Below are positions 51,701 through 57,942 of a DNA stretch of 64,000 nt, piece after piece; within the stretch, counting starts at the first letter, position 1; each line of letters begins with the position of its first letter. The DNA is from Candidatus Latescibacterota bacterium (GTDB taxonomy: Bacteria; Latescibacterota; UBA2968). The stretch is from positions 1,376,001 to 1,440,000 of the forward strand of contig OZ242195.1 of NCBI GenBank assembly GCA_965205975.1, read 5' to 3'. The position numbers were made by a program, and so were the translations under genes. Under the pieces are notes generated by a model. It was not told where the DNA came from. It saw only the letters and a list, made by a program, of their open reading frames with translations, and did no database searches.

Positions 51701-54219
51701 AGGTGCGTGTGTCCTTTGACGCGGCGAACTACATTGCAGAGGAGGGGGGGCAAGCGGCAAAGGTAAGCGTGCGTTTGAGCGCGGATCCCGAGCGCACGGT
51801 GACTATTCCACTGATGGCGGTGGAGGGCAATGGTGCCACACAGGACGATTGCACTGGGATACCAAAAAGTGTGGTCTTTGAGAGCGGTGAGATGGAGAAA
51901 CAGTTTGAAATCATAGCTGTAGATGATAATGCAGATGATGACGGCGAGACTATGATGCTCGGCTTTGGCATTGAGACCCCGGTGTTCGGATTTGGCACAT
52001 TGCCCAATGGGGTCCGTGTAGGCAGACAATCTACAGCTATGATCACGCTAATCGACAATGACACACGTGGGGTATCGGTGTCTGTAACAGAGTTGGCCGT
52101 TCCCGAAGGAGAGGCCCATAGCTACACGGTGGTGCTGCACAGCGCACCGATTGGTACGGTGACAATTGATGTGGCTGGAATGACGGATACAGATGTATCA
52201 GTAGATCGGACGCAGTTGGTGTTCACAGCAGAGAACTGGGATACGCCGCAGGTTGTTGTGGTCCATGCTCAAAACGACGACGATGCGGTATTAGACCAGG
52301 TGATGCTCAGCCATGCAACAAGCGGAGGAGATTATGGCGAGGTAGTGGTGGCGTCTGTTGCGGTGACAGTCATTGAAGATGATATGCCCGTGCTGACTAT
52401 CGCTGATCAGGCGGTTGTCGAACACGCTGAGGAGATGATATTTACAGTTGTACTGGATATCCCGAGCAGCGAAGAAGTCATCGTGCAATATGCAACGATT
52501 AATGGCACGGCAGAAGCGGGCACAGACTATATGACAACACAAGGCACCTTGCGCTTTGTTGCCTTACAGACCAGCGGTGCGATTGTCGTGCCGATTATCG
52601 ACGATGATATAGATGAGAACAATGAAGCCTTCACTGTCGTGCTGATTGAGCCGATGCATGCGACCTTGCACGAAGGTGAAGGGCGTGCGACAGGCACAAT
52701 TGAGGATGATGATGCCGCTGTGCAAGCACTGAAAATTTTCCTATCTGGTGTGGGTCGGATGGTAGCGACAGATGCGGTTGATGTTATCAGTCGGCGATTT
52801 AATCAGCGCAGGGGCATTCAGCCCTTGTTTACCATGGGAGGACAACCGCTGATATTGCCTGACAGGACGCACAGTGAGCAGTGGCAGTCTATTATGCAGT
52901 TGGCACGCAATCTGGCAGCGGCACTGGGTGTAGATACCTCAATGCCATTTGGAGCACAGATACCTCACTCCCAAAGCCTGGGTGTGAGAATGTCTCAGCC
53001 GCAGGATGTGCTGATGTCTGGTGTTTTTTCTCCCGTGCGTTTTCGCCAGATCACGGCCTGGGATGTGCTGGCACTCAGTGCGATTGAGATGCCACTTAAC
53101 CCAGGAGATGAGAGCGGCCTGTGGACCTTGTGGGGCAGGGGCGCAGTAAGCGGGTTCTCTGGCCTACCGAGTACCATACGCAGGATGGAGGCCGAGGGCT
53201 TCAGCGGCTATCTCGGCGTTGATTACCAGTTGCGTACGGATGTGTTGTTGGGGCTGGCTCTCATGCATACTACAGGGGACTTGAACTATAAAAATGAGAG
53301 GAATCACGGGAGTACACTCATCCCTATCGACTTTGGTATAACCAGTATATTGCCTTACGCCCACTATCAAACCCACTCCGGGTTGGGTTTGTGGGGACTA
53401 TTTGGCATGGGGGGTGGAAGCGTGGATATGAAAGACGCAGATGGGAACCTCAACACGGGTCTATATTTGCTTTTGGGTGCCGCGGGAGGTCGGCAAGACC
53501 TGACCTCCTGGCGGGATATTGATCTGGCAGTAAAAACAGATGCCTTCTATATATCGCTAGAATCGGAAGCAAGCACCCGGTTGCCAGAAGTGCGCGAGGT
53601 GACTGAGCGCGTGCGTTTATTGATTGAAGGGCGTAGCAGGATAGTGCTTGGGACAGCATCGCGATTGAACCAGAGTTTGGAAATCGGTGGACGATGGGAC
53701 AGGGGGCTTGTTGAAAATGGTGCAGGACTTGATCTGGGGGGCGGCATCGAATACGCGCACACAGCTCTTGGACTGGGCCTATTGGCGCGCGGGCGATACT
53801 TGCTGGCGCATGAACAGGCAGGCTATGATGAATGGGGAGCCAGTCTGATGCTGCGCGTCAATCCAGGTTATGGCAAAAGCGGGATGGTACTGTCAGTATC
53901 ACCGGTTTGGGGAATGCCAAAGAGCGGTGCCGAGGTACTGTGGGACAATGCGCTGAGGTCGGGAAATCCCACCCCGGGTATAAGACCAGACCGTTTCGAA
54001 GTCGATTTTGGGTACCAACTACTGATGCGTGCCGGTGATGGATTGGTGACGCCCTTTGGTGGGTGGTCAACTGGCGGTCAGGGCTATCAGAGCTATCGCA
54101 TAGGCGGTCAGATAAAAGTGGGCAAGCGCGTGGATGTCAACATGGAAGGTGCACGCGAAGCGCAGGGTCAAGGCATCGCGACTTATAGAGTCAGGTTTTT
54201 TGGACGACTGTTTTGGTAA
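36709..54219 (+). CDS. Giant (~5840 aa) repetitive surface adhesin: Calx-beta/cadherin-like repeats plus C-terminal autotransporter-like beta-barrel
   Basis: Signal peptide (MKINNTIILAAMMMLILVPDRALG/Q); dozens of acidic T/V/D-rich domains ending (I/V)xDDD; C-terminal WTLWGRG, YLGVDY, PYAHY...YRVRFFGRLFW. Alternative starts at 36679 and 36691. Confidence 0.85.
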   Translation: MKINNTIILAAMMMLILVPDRALGQPTVSITASETSVTEGDEFSLNILKPLNAESITVYVEITVQGDFVDDLPSNTTVTANILEGQSAFMLTYQTDDDDLAEDDGSITATIIANSAYTINPNNSSVTVTISNNDTPTIRLEKTYATNRQFGKDEFPLYEGNWIAFEFSRNTLGVNDEGRRLLVSLNITYLDGNTESQYIIFQPDSRSRSFYVKLTEDNTIRDATARDYIRLQFFQPELTEGYSLEPSNGIVDVKIQDDDVVVSISPEDSELTTVTEGETSTYTIIPSLDGQVTHPLTVKWQATSGGERLRATEGTFEFQTNNQNPPQIVLSLLDDAILKDHSTVTVEIVEETEEARRGYRTGTSSSVSFQVRDDDLPVVQILGLGQYPAGPVPEGGPYRLRFIRAANPITDPLTVYVSVTGGESFYPQPRTAYIIGSDEEQADYVILIEEDDVDEPDGEITITIQPNENYEIHRNNKTVTFTINDNDTRGVVVTPTSLAMDEGEDATYTVVLESEPTADVTVTVTASGDATVNPASLTFTALNWNQVQTVTVSAPEDADTKDGSATISHTVAGGDYDGETADDVAVMVTDNDKPIVTIEAVPDPPQKFEGQSVEYRLRRSRNTSEPLTVAISISEDGKVLDNRYERTWDVVFEAGQETLTFRLLTTNDDDDESASTVSAEILEREEYAVGTPNSAEILVIGQDLILIYSLVEPEPVVEGGTLRIEVTAVTKVDVMPTRHYVASIVSRSRTAKSGRDYRPVSEHLIFRHTDFTAVTINGEQRYQSTVYLDTEIFEDNYAEDSEIFILILHLAPDLEHEIDRAEVTVTITDNDPEPELAVEVSPAEIAEDEGKAGVIVSITNGSLYTERRTFTLELGGTATKGTDYRVESEHLELPEGESQVGTILTTVDDAIGEGNEIIEVQVRHDGNVVDELRRVTIVDDDDRRVEIRPTQLAVREGESGTYTVVLESEPTADVTVTVTASGDATVNPASLTFTALNWDQVQTVTVTTDHDIDAQDESATIRHTVTSSGSYSGVTADDVTVTVTDDEAASTEIALRVSPASIPEGDGQVVTVTATLNHAALTSAATVTVSVAAGTATSADFGAVNNFTVTIPANMPSGTGTFTLTPVNDDLDEDDETVTVSGTTTTAGLTVNGTTVTITDDDTRGVEISPTSLTIAEGGSGTYTLVLESQPTAEVRVVVGGRRGEISLGGSPLTFTTDNWHIAQTVTVNAGQDDDAVNDAATLINVVSSSGDYNGVTTDDVAVIVTDDDTRGVEISPTSLTIAEGGSGTYTVVLESQPTDAVTVTVGGASGDVSVSGSPLTFTTGNWNIAQTVTVNAGQDDDAVNDAVTLRNTVSSGGGYDGETADDVMVRVTDDEKGAEPGISLSVAPEIVSEDGGGQTINVIATFSLPTTRDGRTVGQRNTPEEVVRVRVTAGTATSADFNAVSSFDITIPSGMTSGRGSFRLMPVDDEIDETNETIIVRGTSSITNLIVRQANVTITDNDERGIDVTPTSLTIAEGESKTYTLVLKSQPTDAVRVVVGGAFGEIRVRGSPLTFTTDNWHIAQTVTVDAGQDNDAVNDVATLINVVSSSGDYGGEIADNVTVTVEDDDIASTEIALGVSPASFAEGDGDQTVTVTATLNHAALKSDAPVTVSVAAGTASDTDFGAVSDFVVIIPAGMTSGTETFTLSPVDDDVDEPDETLTVSGTTTGLRVTTTTVTIEDDDLPLVSFVSDSQDPFTEGETIDLTLRRNGDISVPLTVSVNVTEAPIALRFMTDVLSSSDEGERDILFSAGTSTASFSLPTTDDNVHEAPSRVTVEIQSGSDYSPGDPQTREFRVNDNDLVLIYSMQQDVSFDEDAGTVEIEITAITDQNTMPNFSYPMRFEHRDQTARAARDYRPVNDLKTFPHDEYMAVEIGGETRYSLTKQFDVTITDDDLAEETETFQVIMRPVFFVEDEQLDLSLDRRETTITIIDNDTRGVEVRPTSLEVEEGKSRTYDVVLQSQPTDAVTVTVGGASGEIRVRGSPLIFDDFWSIAQTVTVIAGQDDDAVNDTATLTHTVSGGDYGSVIVDAVTVTVTDDDERGVEISPTSLAIREGGSGTYTAVLQSQPTAAVTVTVGGASGDVSVRGSPLTFTTGNWHIAQAVTVSAAQDVDAVNDVATLSNTVTSGGDYNGETADDVMVTVTDDGISSTEVALRVSPSSVSEGGGGQTVTVTATLNHAVLTSAATVTVRVATGTATSADFGAVNNFTVTIPANMPSGTGTFTLTPINDDLDENDETVTVSGTTAGLTVNGTTVTITDDDTRGVEISPTSLTIAEGGSGTYTLVLESQPTAEVRVVVGGRRGEISLGGSPLTFATDNWNIAQTVTVNAGQDADAVNDAATLINVVSSSGDYNGVTTDDVSVTVADDETASTEIALRVSPSSVSEGGGGQVVTVTATLNHAALTSAATVTVRVAAGTAADTDFDAVSDFEVTIPEDATSGTETFTLTPVNDDLDEDDETVTVSGTTTTGLTVNGTTVTITDDDTRGVEISPTSLTIAEGGSGTYTVVLESQPTAAVTVTVGGASGDVSVRGSPLTFATDNWNIAQTVTVNTRQDDGTENESVMLSNTVTSGGDYNGETAEDVAVTVTDADERGVEISPTSLTVREGESETYTVVLESQPTAAVTVTVGGASGDVSVRGSPITFTTGNWNIAQTVTVSAAQDGDAVNDAATLSNTVTSGGDYNGETADDVTVTVTDDETASTAIALRVSPSSVSEGGGGQVVTVTATLNHAPLISAATVTVSVAAGTATSADFGAVNNFEVTIPANMPSGTGTFTLTPINDDLDENDETVTVSGTTTATGLTVNGTPVTITDDDTREVAIMPTYLTLREGNSGTYAVVLESQPTAAVTVTVGGASGEVSVRGSPLIFATDNWNIAQTVTVSAAQDDDAVNDAAALSNTVTSGGDYNGETAENVVVVVTDDDKRSVAISPPFFTVPKGVIIPEGENETYLIVQEGESETYTVVLESQPTAAVTVTVGGASGDVSVSGSPVIFTTGNWNVAQTVTVSAGQDDDAENDYATLRNTVTSGGDYNSEIPEAVVVIVIDDDTRGVAISPTSVMVQEGESETYTVVLESQPTDAVTVAVTGSGDVSGSPARLTFSTSNWGDAQTVTVSAAQDADAENEDATLSNTVTSGGDYNGETAEDVTVTVTDDETASTEIALRVSPASIPEGDGQVVTVTATLNHAVLTSAATVTVSVAAGTATENTDFGAVSNFMVIIPKGAAKNTGSFTLTSISDDFDEADETVTVSGTTTATGLTVNGTNVTITDDDTRGVTISPTSLTIAEGESETYTVVLESQPTAAVTVTVGRTSGDVSVSGSPLTFATGNWNIAQTVTVSAAQDADAENEDATLSNTVTSGGDYNGETAEDVTVTVTDDETASTEIALSVSPASIPEGDGQVVTVTATLNHAVLTSAATVTVSVAAGTATSADFGAVNNFTVTIPANMPSGTGTFTLTPVNDDLDENDETVTVSGTTAGLTVNGTTVTITDDDTRGVEIDPTSLTVREGESETYAVVLESQPTAAVTVTVGGASGDVSVRGSPITFTTGNWNIAQTVTVSAAQDGDAVNDAATLSNTVTSGGDYNGETADDVTVTVTDDETASTEIALRVSPSSVSEGGGGQTVTVTATLNHAVLTSAATVTVSVATGTATSADFGAVSDFEVTIPTGVPRGTGTFTLTPVSDDLDETDETVTVSGTTTTAGLTVNGTTVTITDDDTRGVEIDPTSLTVREGESETYAVVLESQPTAAVTVTVGGASGDVSVSGSPITFATGNWNIAQTVTVSAAQDGDAVNDAATLSNTVTSGGDYNGETADDVTVTVTDDETASTAIALRVSPSSVSEGGGGQVVTVTATLNHAPLISAATVTVSVAAGTATSADFGAVNNFAVTIPANMPSGTGTFTLTPINDDLDENDETVTVSGTTTTTGLTVNGTTVTITDDDTRGVEISPTSLTIAEGESGTYTVVLESQPTAAVTVTVGGASDDVSVRGSPLIFATGNWNIAQTVTVNAGQDADAVNDPAVTITHTVTSGGDYNGETADDVTVTVTDDDTASSEITLGVAPISVTEGGGGQTVTVTAALNHAALIPAATVTVSVAAGTATNADFGAVSDFEVTIPAGVLRGTGTFTLTPVSDDLDETDETVTVSGTTTAGLTVNGTTVTIADDDTRGVTLIPTTLTIDEGQTGLYTVVLASQPTDNVMVTTSVPSGTDVSVEPTALRFTPDDWDGVQTVMVSAGQDNDAINDPAVTITHTVSGGDYNSVSADAVTVTIRDLIAQTAPPPTPPPSGDGSGGDTTVQDIMVSFAANSYEAIEGSSVRVSVRLDRVPQQEMNIPLTVTQDNGATKADYSGVPERVIFGSNETEKSFEVTAVDDDIDDDNETVTLGFGALPNGISVGKQATAVVYLADDDTRGVLVRPIALNVPEGGDKTYTIALTSQPTAEVTVTVTAPSDSEVSVDKSVLQFTTATWNTAQTVTVSADEDDDTINDPTAMLTHVVSGGDYQEMVADAVRVTIIENDIPTLTIENQRGRENIGYMVFALRLSTGSSKDVTVAYATSSGTATEGIDYEAKLGTVTFAASETVKMISVSIIDDVYDEAEKETFKVMLSNVQNAVLGNSEAIGTIEDNDYPRVRVFFGEDNYTVNEGGHTAKVRVRLSVNPERTVTIPLVAMLNNGASETDYFGIPEHISFANGVTEKSFEVTAVDDDIDDDGETVTLGFGTLPNGVSPGKNASAIVTLVDNDDPEVNVSFDAANYEATEGESETVMVRLSAIPERTVEISLTTTLGNGATKADYSGVPERVIFGSHETEKSFEVAAVDDDIDDDDETLTLGFGTLPNGVSPGENASAMVTLVDNDDPEVNVSFDAANYEATEGGSVAMVRVYLSADPERTVNIPLMAMPNNGASDMDYSGIPERVIFASGETEKSFEVAAVDDDIDDDDETLTLGFGTLPNGVSPGENASAMVTLVDNDDPEVRVSFDAANYIAEEGGQAAKVSVRLSADPERTVTIPLMAVEGNGATQDDCTGIPKSVVFESGEMEKQFEIIAVDDNADDDGETMMLGFGIETPVFGFGTLPNGVRVGRQSTAMITLIDNDTRGVSVSVTELAVPEGEAHSYTVVLHSAPIGTVTIDVAGMTDTDVSVDRTQLVFTAENWDTPQVVVVHAQNDDDAVLDQVMLSHATSGGDYGEVVVASVAVTVIEDDMPVLTIADQAVVEHAEEMIFTVVLDIPSSEEVIVQYATINGTAEAGTDYMTTQGTLRFVALQTSGAIVVPIIDDDIDENNEAFTVVLIEPMHATLHEGEGRATGTIEDDDAAVQALKIFLSGVGRMVATDAVDVISRRFNQRRGIQPLFTMGGQPLILPDRTHSEQWQSIMQLARNLAAALGVDTSMPFGAQIPHSQSLGVRMSQPQDVLMSGVFSPVRFRQITAWDVLALSAIEMPLNPGDESGLWTLWGRGAVSGFSGLPSTIRRMEAEGFSGYLGVDYQLRTDVLLGLALMHTTGDLNYKNERNHGSTLIPIDFGITSILPYAHYQTHSGLGLWGLFGMGGGSVDMKDADGNLNTGLYLLLGAAGGRQDLTSWRDIDLAVKTDAFYISLESEASTRLPEVREVTERVRLLIEGRSRIVLGTASRLNQSLEIGGRWDRGLVENGAGLDLGGGIEYAHTALGLGLLARGRYLLAHEQAGYDEWGASLMLRVNPGYGKSGMVLSVSPVWGMPKSGAEVLWDNALRSGNPTPGIRPDRFEVDFGYQLLMRAGDGLVTPFGGWSTGGQGYQSYRIGGQIKVGKRVDVNMEGAREAQGQGIATYRVRFFGRLFW
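38227..39725 (+). repeat. 137-bp near-identical direct repeat pair (38227-38363 and 39589-39725)
   Basis: Two mismatches seen between the copies; in-frame within the adhesin. Confidence 0.8.
39840..49610 (+). repeat. Intragenic array of ~320-bp A and ~345-bp B modules (AB period ~660-669 bp)
   Basis: Recurring GATACGCGCGGAGTAGAGATA and GCATTGCGCGTATCACCT starts; A modules at 47284, 47953 and 48622 are spaced 669 bp apart. Confidence 0.9.
50670..52060 (+). repeat. Intragenic array of four ~340-bp C modules (a fifth copy at ~49690)
   Basis: Recurring ...ETEKSFEVxAVDDDIDDD-ETxTLGFGTLPNGVSPG unit with near-identical DNA. Confidence 0.85.
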
Positions 54220-54242
54220 CCTCGTAAAGAACGGAATACGGT

Positions 54243-54274
54243 AAGAAGGCACTTATCCAGGTGCCTTCTTTTTT
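54243..54274. terminator. Intrinsic terminator
   Basis: AAGAAGGCAC / GTGCCTTCTT stem plus T tract, between convergent genes. Confidence 0.8.
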
Positions 54275-54275
54275 A

Positions 54276-56564
54276 TTATAGATCGAGTTCTATTCTTTTT
54301 GTTTGTGGTGACAGGCATCGCGTGCTGTCGCATGCTTGATATGTGAGTATTAGCGAGAGGGTTTGCGGTCGGGTTTTGAATGACAGAGTAAGGGGTATAG
54401 TGAGGCTGTCTGTATAAACGGCAATGGCGCGCTCCGCAAAGGGAAACTGTAAATCCTCGGCTGGGGGATAGTCGATTTGGGTGATTTTGGCAGTGTCTGT
54501 GTCCAGTGAGAGGCGGGTGGGGATCAAATAATCGTCGGTGGGATTGGATGCTTGAATATGCCAGCCCGAAACGATATTCAGGCGCACGTTCACCTTGAGG
54601 GTATTCGCGCTATCAGAGGGCAACGCCGTTGCAGACGCAGTGACGAGACTATCGGGTGCAAGCATTGCGATGGGAGAGGATGCCATCATTGTGCCGTGGA
54701 TAAAGTGCAGGAGTGCGCCCGGCGTATTCTCTGCGAGGGGGGCAAAGCTGTTGGTGAGTGCGAGCGCGCGTTGGGCATACAGGGGGTTTTGTGTCAATGT
54801 CCGAAGTTCCCATAAACCGTGCAGGGCAACGGCATTGCCAGAGGGCAAGGCGCTGTCGTAAAAACTCACGGTACGCACAATCATCTCATTTTGATTCCGC
54901 GTGAGAAAATATCCGCCATTCAGGGTATCCCAAAATGCAGTGTGCATCCGTTCTGAAAGCGATAGAGCGTCCTGGAGATAGTGGGCAGAATGCGTTGCGC
55001 GATAGAGGTGGAGGAGGCCGTCGATTAAAAAGGCGTAATCTTCCTGATAGGCTTCGCCTTTGCGCTGCCCTTCGCGGTAGATGCGATACAGGTCGCCATC
55101 CGCATCGCGAAGGTTGTTGCGGATAAAATCGGCGGCTTTTTGTGCGGTTATCAGATACTCGGGCCGGGCGAGAACTTCGTAGGCGCGGGCATATGCGCCG
55201 ATCATAAGACCATTCCACGCTGTGATAATTTTGTCGTCGAGGAGGGGGCGGATGCGTTGGCTACGCGCGTCCAGGAGTTTTTCTTTAAGTGGAGATAGCC
55301 GCGCGTGCAGGGTTGTGGTGTCGATTTGATGGCGAACCGATAGCGCGCTGTCTGTATCGACTTTGTAAATGACGCCGGTTGAGCCTTCAGGCATGGGCGC
55401 GAGCGCGTAACACGATAGGAAGAAGTCGGCATCTTTTTTTAAGGACTGACGAATGTCCTGCTCTGTCCAGGTATAATACGCGCCTTCTTCTGCTTCGGTT
55501 TCTGCGTCGAGAGCGGAGTAAAATCCGCCTTTGGAATCTGTCATTTCGCGCGAAACAAAGTCCAGAATTTCCTCTGCTGCAATGCGATAGGCCGTTTTAT
55601 TGGCAATCTGGTAAGCACGGAGAAAGTTGTGGGTGAGGAGGGCCTGATTGTAGAGCATTTTTTCAAAGTGCGGCACGCGCCATTGTGCATCTGTTGCATA
55701 GCGATGAAAACCGCCGCCGAGATGATCGCGGATACCGCCCAGTGCCATGTGATCCAGTGTTTGCTCGACTATATCGAGGTATTTTTTTTGAGGATTTTGT
55801 CGATAGGCCGTCAGCAACAGGTTGAGCGCGTGATCGGGTGGAAATTTCGGGGCTGTGCCCAAACCGCCGTTGATGGGGTCAAACCGTTTTTCTATGTGGT
55901 CAATCGCCTTGCCAAGCAGGTCTTCTTCCGTTTTTTCTGAAACGGTTTGTATCGTGTGCCTGCGCGCGATAGATTGTGATATTTGATCGGCCTGTTTTTC
56001 GAGTTCCTTTCTCTTTTCCTGCCATGCCACATGCAGCGCTTGAATCACGCGCGAGAAGCCCGGACGCCCATGTGAATCTTCGGGAGGAAAGTACGTGCCG
56101 GCAAAAAAGGGTTTGAGATCTGGCGTGAGAAAAACAGAGTTGGGCCATCCGCCGTGCCCGGTCATGATCTGGGTGGCCGTCATGTAAATTTCGTCGATGT
56201 CGGGACGTTCTTCGCGGTCAACTTTGATATTGACAAAAAACTGATTCATCAAGTGGGCAATATCCGGATCAGAAAAGACCAGACGCTCCATGACATGGCA
56301 CCAATAGCAACTCGAATATCCCACGGATAGAAAGATCGGTTTGTCCTCGCGGCGCGCTTTTGCGAGTGCTTCTTCTCCCCAGGGATACCAGTCAACGGGA
56401 TTGTGGGCGTGGAGGCGCAAATAAGGGCTGAGTTCTCCGCTGAGGCGATTTTGCGCAGGGGAGGGGACAGGAGGATTTTTTGAAGAATAAACACCCCACC
56501 AATAACCCGCAGCAATGGCGAGAAGAATGATGGGAATGAATAGGAGGCGTTTGGCGATTGCCAT
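54276..56564 (-). CDS. YyaL/SSP411-like thioredoxin-domain protein (DUF255) with C-terminal DsbD-N-like domain
   Basis: [51 protein letters not shown]; tail GWHI...[11 protein letters not shown]-terminal TM. Confidence 0.88.
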   Translation of the reverse strand: MAIAKRLLFIPIILLAIAAGYWWGVYSSKNPPVPSPAQNRLSGELSPYLRLHAHNPVDWYPWGEEALAKARREDKPIFLSVGYSSCYWCHVMERLVFSDPDIAHLMNQFFVNIKVDREERPDIDEIYMTATQIMTGHGGWPNSVFLTPDLKPFFAGTYFPPEDSHGRPGFSRVIQALHVAWQEKRKELEKQADQISQSIARRHTIQTVSEKTEEDLLGKAIDHIEKRFDPINGGLGTAPKFPPDHALNLLLTAYRQNPQKKYLDIVEQTLDHMALGGIRDHLGGGFHRYATDAQWRVPHFEKMLYNQALLTHNFLRAYQIANKTAYRIAAEEILDFVSREMTDSKGGFYSALDAETEAEEGAYYTWTEQDIRQSLKKDADFFLSCYALAPMPEGSTGVIYKVDTDSALSVRHQIDTTTLHARLSPLKEKLLDARSQRIRPLLDDKIITAWNGLMIGAYARAYEVLARPEYLITAQKAADFIRNNLRDADGDLYRIYREGQRKGEAYQEDYAFLIDGLLHLYRATHSAHYLQDALSLSERMHTAFWDTLNGGYFLTRNQNEMIVRTVSFYDSALPSGNAVALHGLWELRTLTQNPLYAQRALALTNSFAPLAENTPGALLHFIHGTMMASSPIAMLAPDSLVTASATALPSDSANTLKVNVRLNIVSGWHIQASNPTDDYLIPTRLSLDTDTAKITQIDYPPAEDLQFPFAERAIAVYTDSLTIPLTLSFKTRPQTLSLILTYQACDSTRCLSPQTKRIELDL

Positions 56565-56576
56565 GTCATCAGTCCC

Positions 56577-57809
56577 TCAAGCTGCAAACGCGCGTTTGAC
56601 TTTGGCGACGGCTGTTAAAATATCGTCCATATCTTCCTGTTCGCCCAGCAGCATATTTTGCAAGAACCAGACACTGGAGGCGCATATTGCTTCCACATGC
56701 GGACACGGCAAACGGCGAATCAGGTGTGGATGTCGGTCCATCGCGGTTTTGAGGCCGCCTTCATCTGTTAAGGGCCGCTGATAGCCAGGTGTGCAGGAAA
56801 TGCCTTCAGCCTGCAAGGCCACAATAAATTCACCGCGTGTTTTTCCGCCGAACGCCTCGCTATTGTAGCGCATCATATACAGGTGATAGCCGTGCTGCGT
56901 GACCCAGGGATGCCATCGCGGCGGTTCTAATCCGCCAATTTCGTCCAGGCCCTTGCTGAGATAAGCCGCATTTTTATTGCGCAAATCGATTTGTGTTTCG
57001 AGTTTTGGCAGCCGTTTTAACAGGATACCTGCCAGATACTCAGAGGTGCGATAATTCCAACCCAGGCGGGGATATTCCCATCGCTCGCCACCCGGGCGTC
57101 GCCCCACATCTCGGAATGCCCAGGCCCGGTCTCTGAGGTCTCGATCATTGGTGAGAAGACATCCGCCTTCGCCCGAGGTCAGATTTTTGCTCGACTGAAA
57201 GCTGAATGCGCCCACATGGCCCAGAGAACCCACTTTGCGGCCTTTGTGCTCGGCGCCGTGCGCTTGAGCGCAGTCTTCGATGACTTTGAGGTTGTGCTTG
57301 CTCGCAATGTCATTGAGCGCATCCATATCGGCCGGGTGTCCGCCCAGGTGAACGGGAAGGAGTGCAACAGTCTGATCTGTGATAGCGGCTTCGGTCGCTT
57401 CGGGCGACATAGTGAAACTCACCGGGTCGATATCGACAAGGGCCAGAGAGCACCTCACCGAGAGGGGCGCGCTTGCAGTGGCAATAAAGGTGTAATTGGG
57501 AATAATGACTTCTCCGCCATCAACCATACCATCGAGGTCGAGCGCGGCGGATAATCCAGCTGCTATAGATGTAGTTCCGCTGGGCATCATCACGCCATAA
57601 GCCGCATCGCAATAGGCGGCAAATGCCTGCCCAAAGCGGTGTCCCACAGGTGCTGGGAGACCTTCGGTTTGACCGAGATAGACTTCTTTGAGGATGGGGG
57701 CGATTTCTTCTTCCCATTCCCGTTCTGTGCTGTCTGGCCATGTCGGCCACGGCGATGCTTCGGTATCGCGCACGGGAACGCCACCGTCTATTGCGAGTGT
57801 TTCTGACAT
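56577..57809 (-). CDS. DegT/DnrJ/EryC1/StrS family PLP-dependent aminotransferase
   Basis: YTFIATA, PVHLGG, IEDCAQAHGA, FSFQSSKNLTSGEGG, GWNYR; SD AGGAG. Confidence 0.92.
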   Translation of the reverse strand: MSETLAIDGGVPVRDTEASPWPTWPDSTEREWEEEIAPILKEVYLGQTEGLPAPVGHRFGQAFAAYCDAAYGVMMPSGTTSIAAGLSAALDLDGMVDGGEVIIPNYTFIATASAPLSVRCSLALVDIDPVSFTMSPEATEAAITDQTVALLPVHLGGHPADMDALNDIASKHNLKVIEDCAQAHGAEHKGRKVGSLGHVGAFSFQSSKNLTSGEGGCLLTNDRDLRDRAWAFRDVGRRPGGERWEYPRLGWNYRTSEYLAGILLKRLPKLETQIDLRNKNAAYLSKGLDEIGGLEPPRWHPWVTQHGYHLYMMRYNSEAFGGKTRGEFIVALQAEGISCTPGYQRPLTDEGGLKTAMDRHPHLIRRLPCPHVEAICASSVWFLQNMLLGEQEDMDDILTAVAKVKRAFAA

Positions 57810-57843
57810 ATAAAGCTCCTTGGTTGGTTGGAGACGACGCGCC

Positions 57844-57872
57844 TTGACCTGTAGTCAGACGGGATGTATATT
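57844..57872 (+). promoter_or_regulatory. sigma70-type promoter
   Basis: TTGACC-N17-TATATT upstream of the oxidoreductase. Confidence 0.55.
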
Positions 57873-57942
57873 TAATTTGTATCCCAATTCAAGGTACGAT
57901 TTATAGACTGATTGTCAAGTTATCAAGAGAGGATGATTGACG

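Noticed and set aside
39840..52060. Possible CRISPR array or DGR template/variable repeats
   Set aside because: The repeats are 320-670 bp, in-frame coding modules with no unique spacers. No cas or reverse transcriptase gene is present, and no adenine-specific mismatch pattern was evident.
37115..54252. Many antisense ORFs (60-260 aa) over the giant gene
   Set aside because: Shadow frames caused by repetitive Thr/Val/Asp codon usage; no independent motifs.
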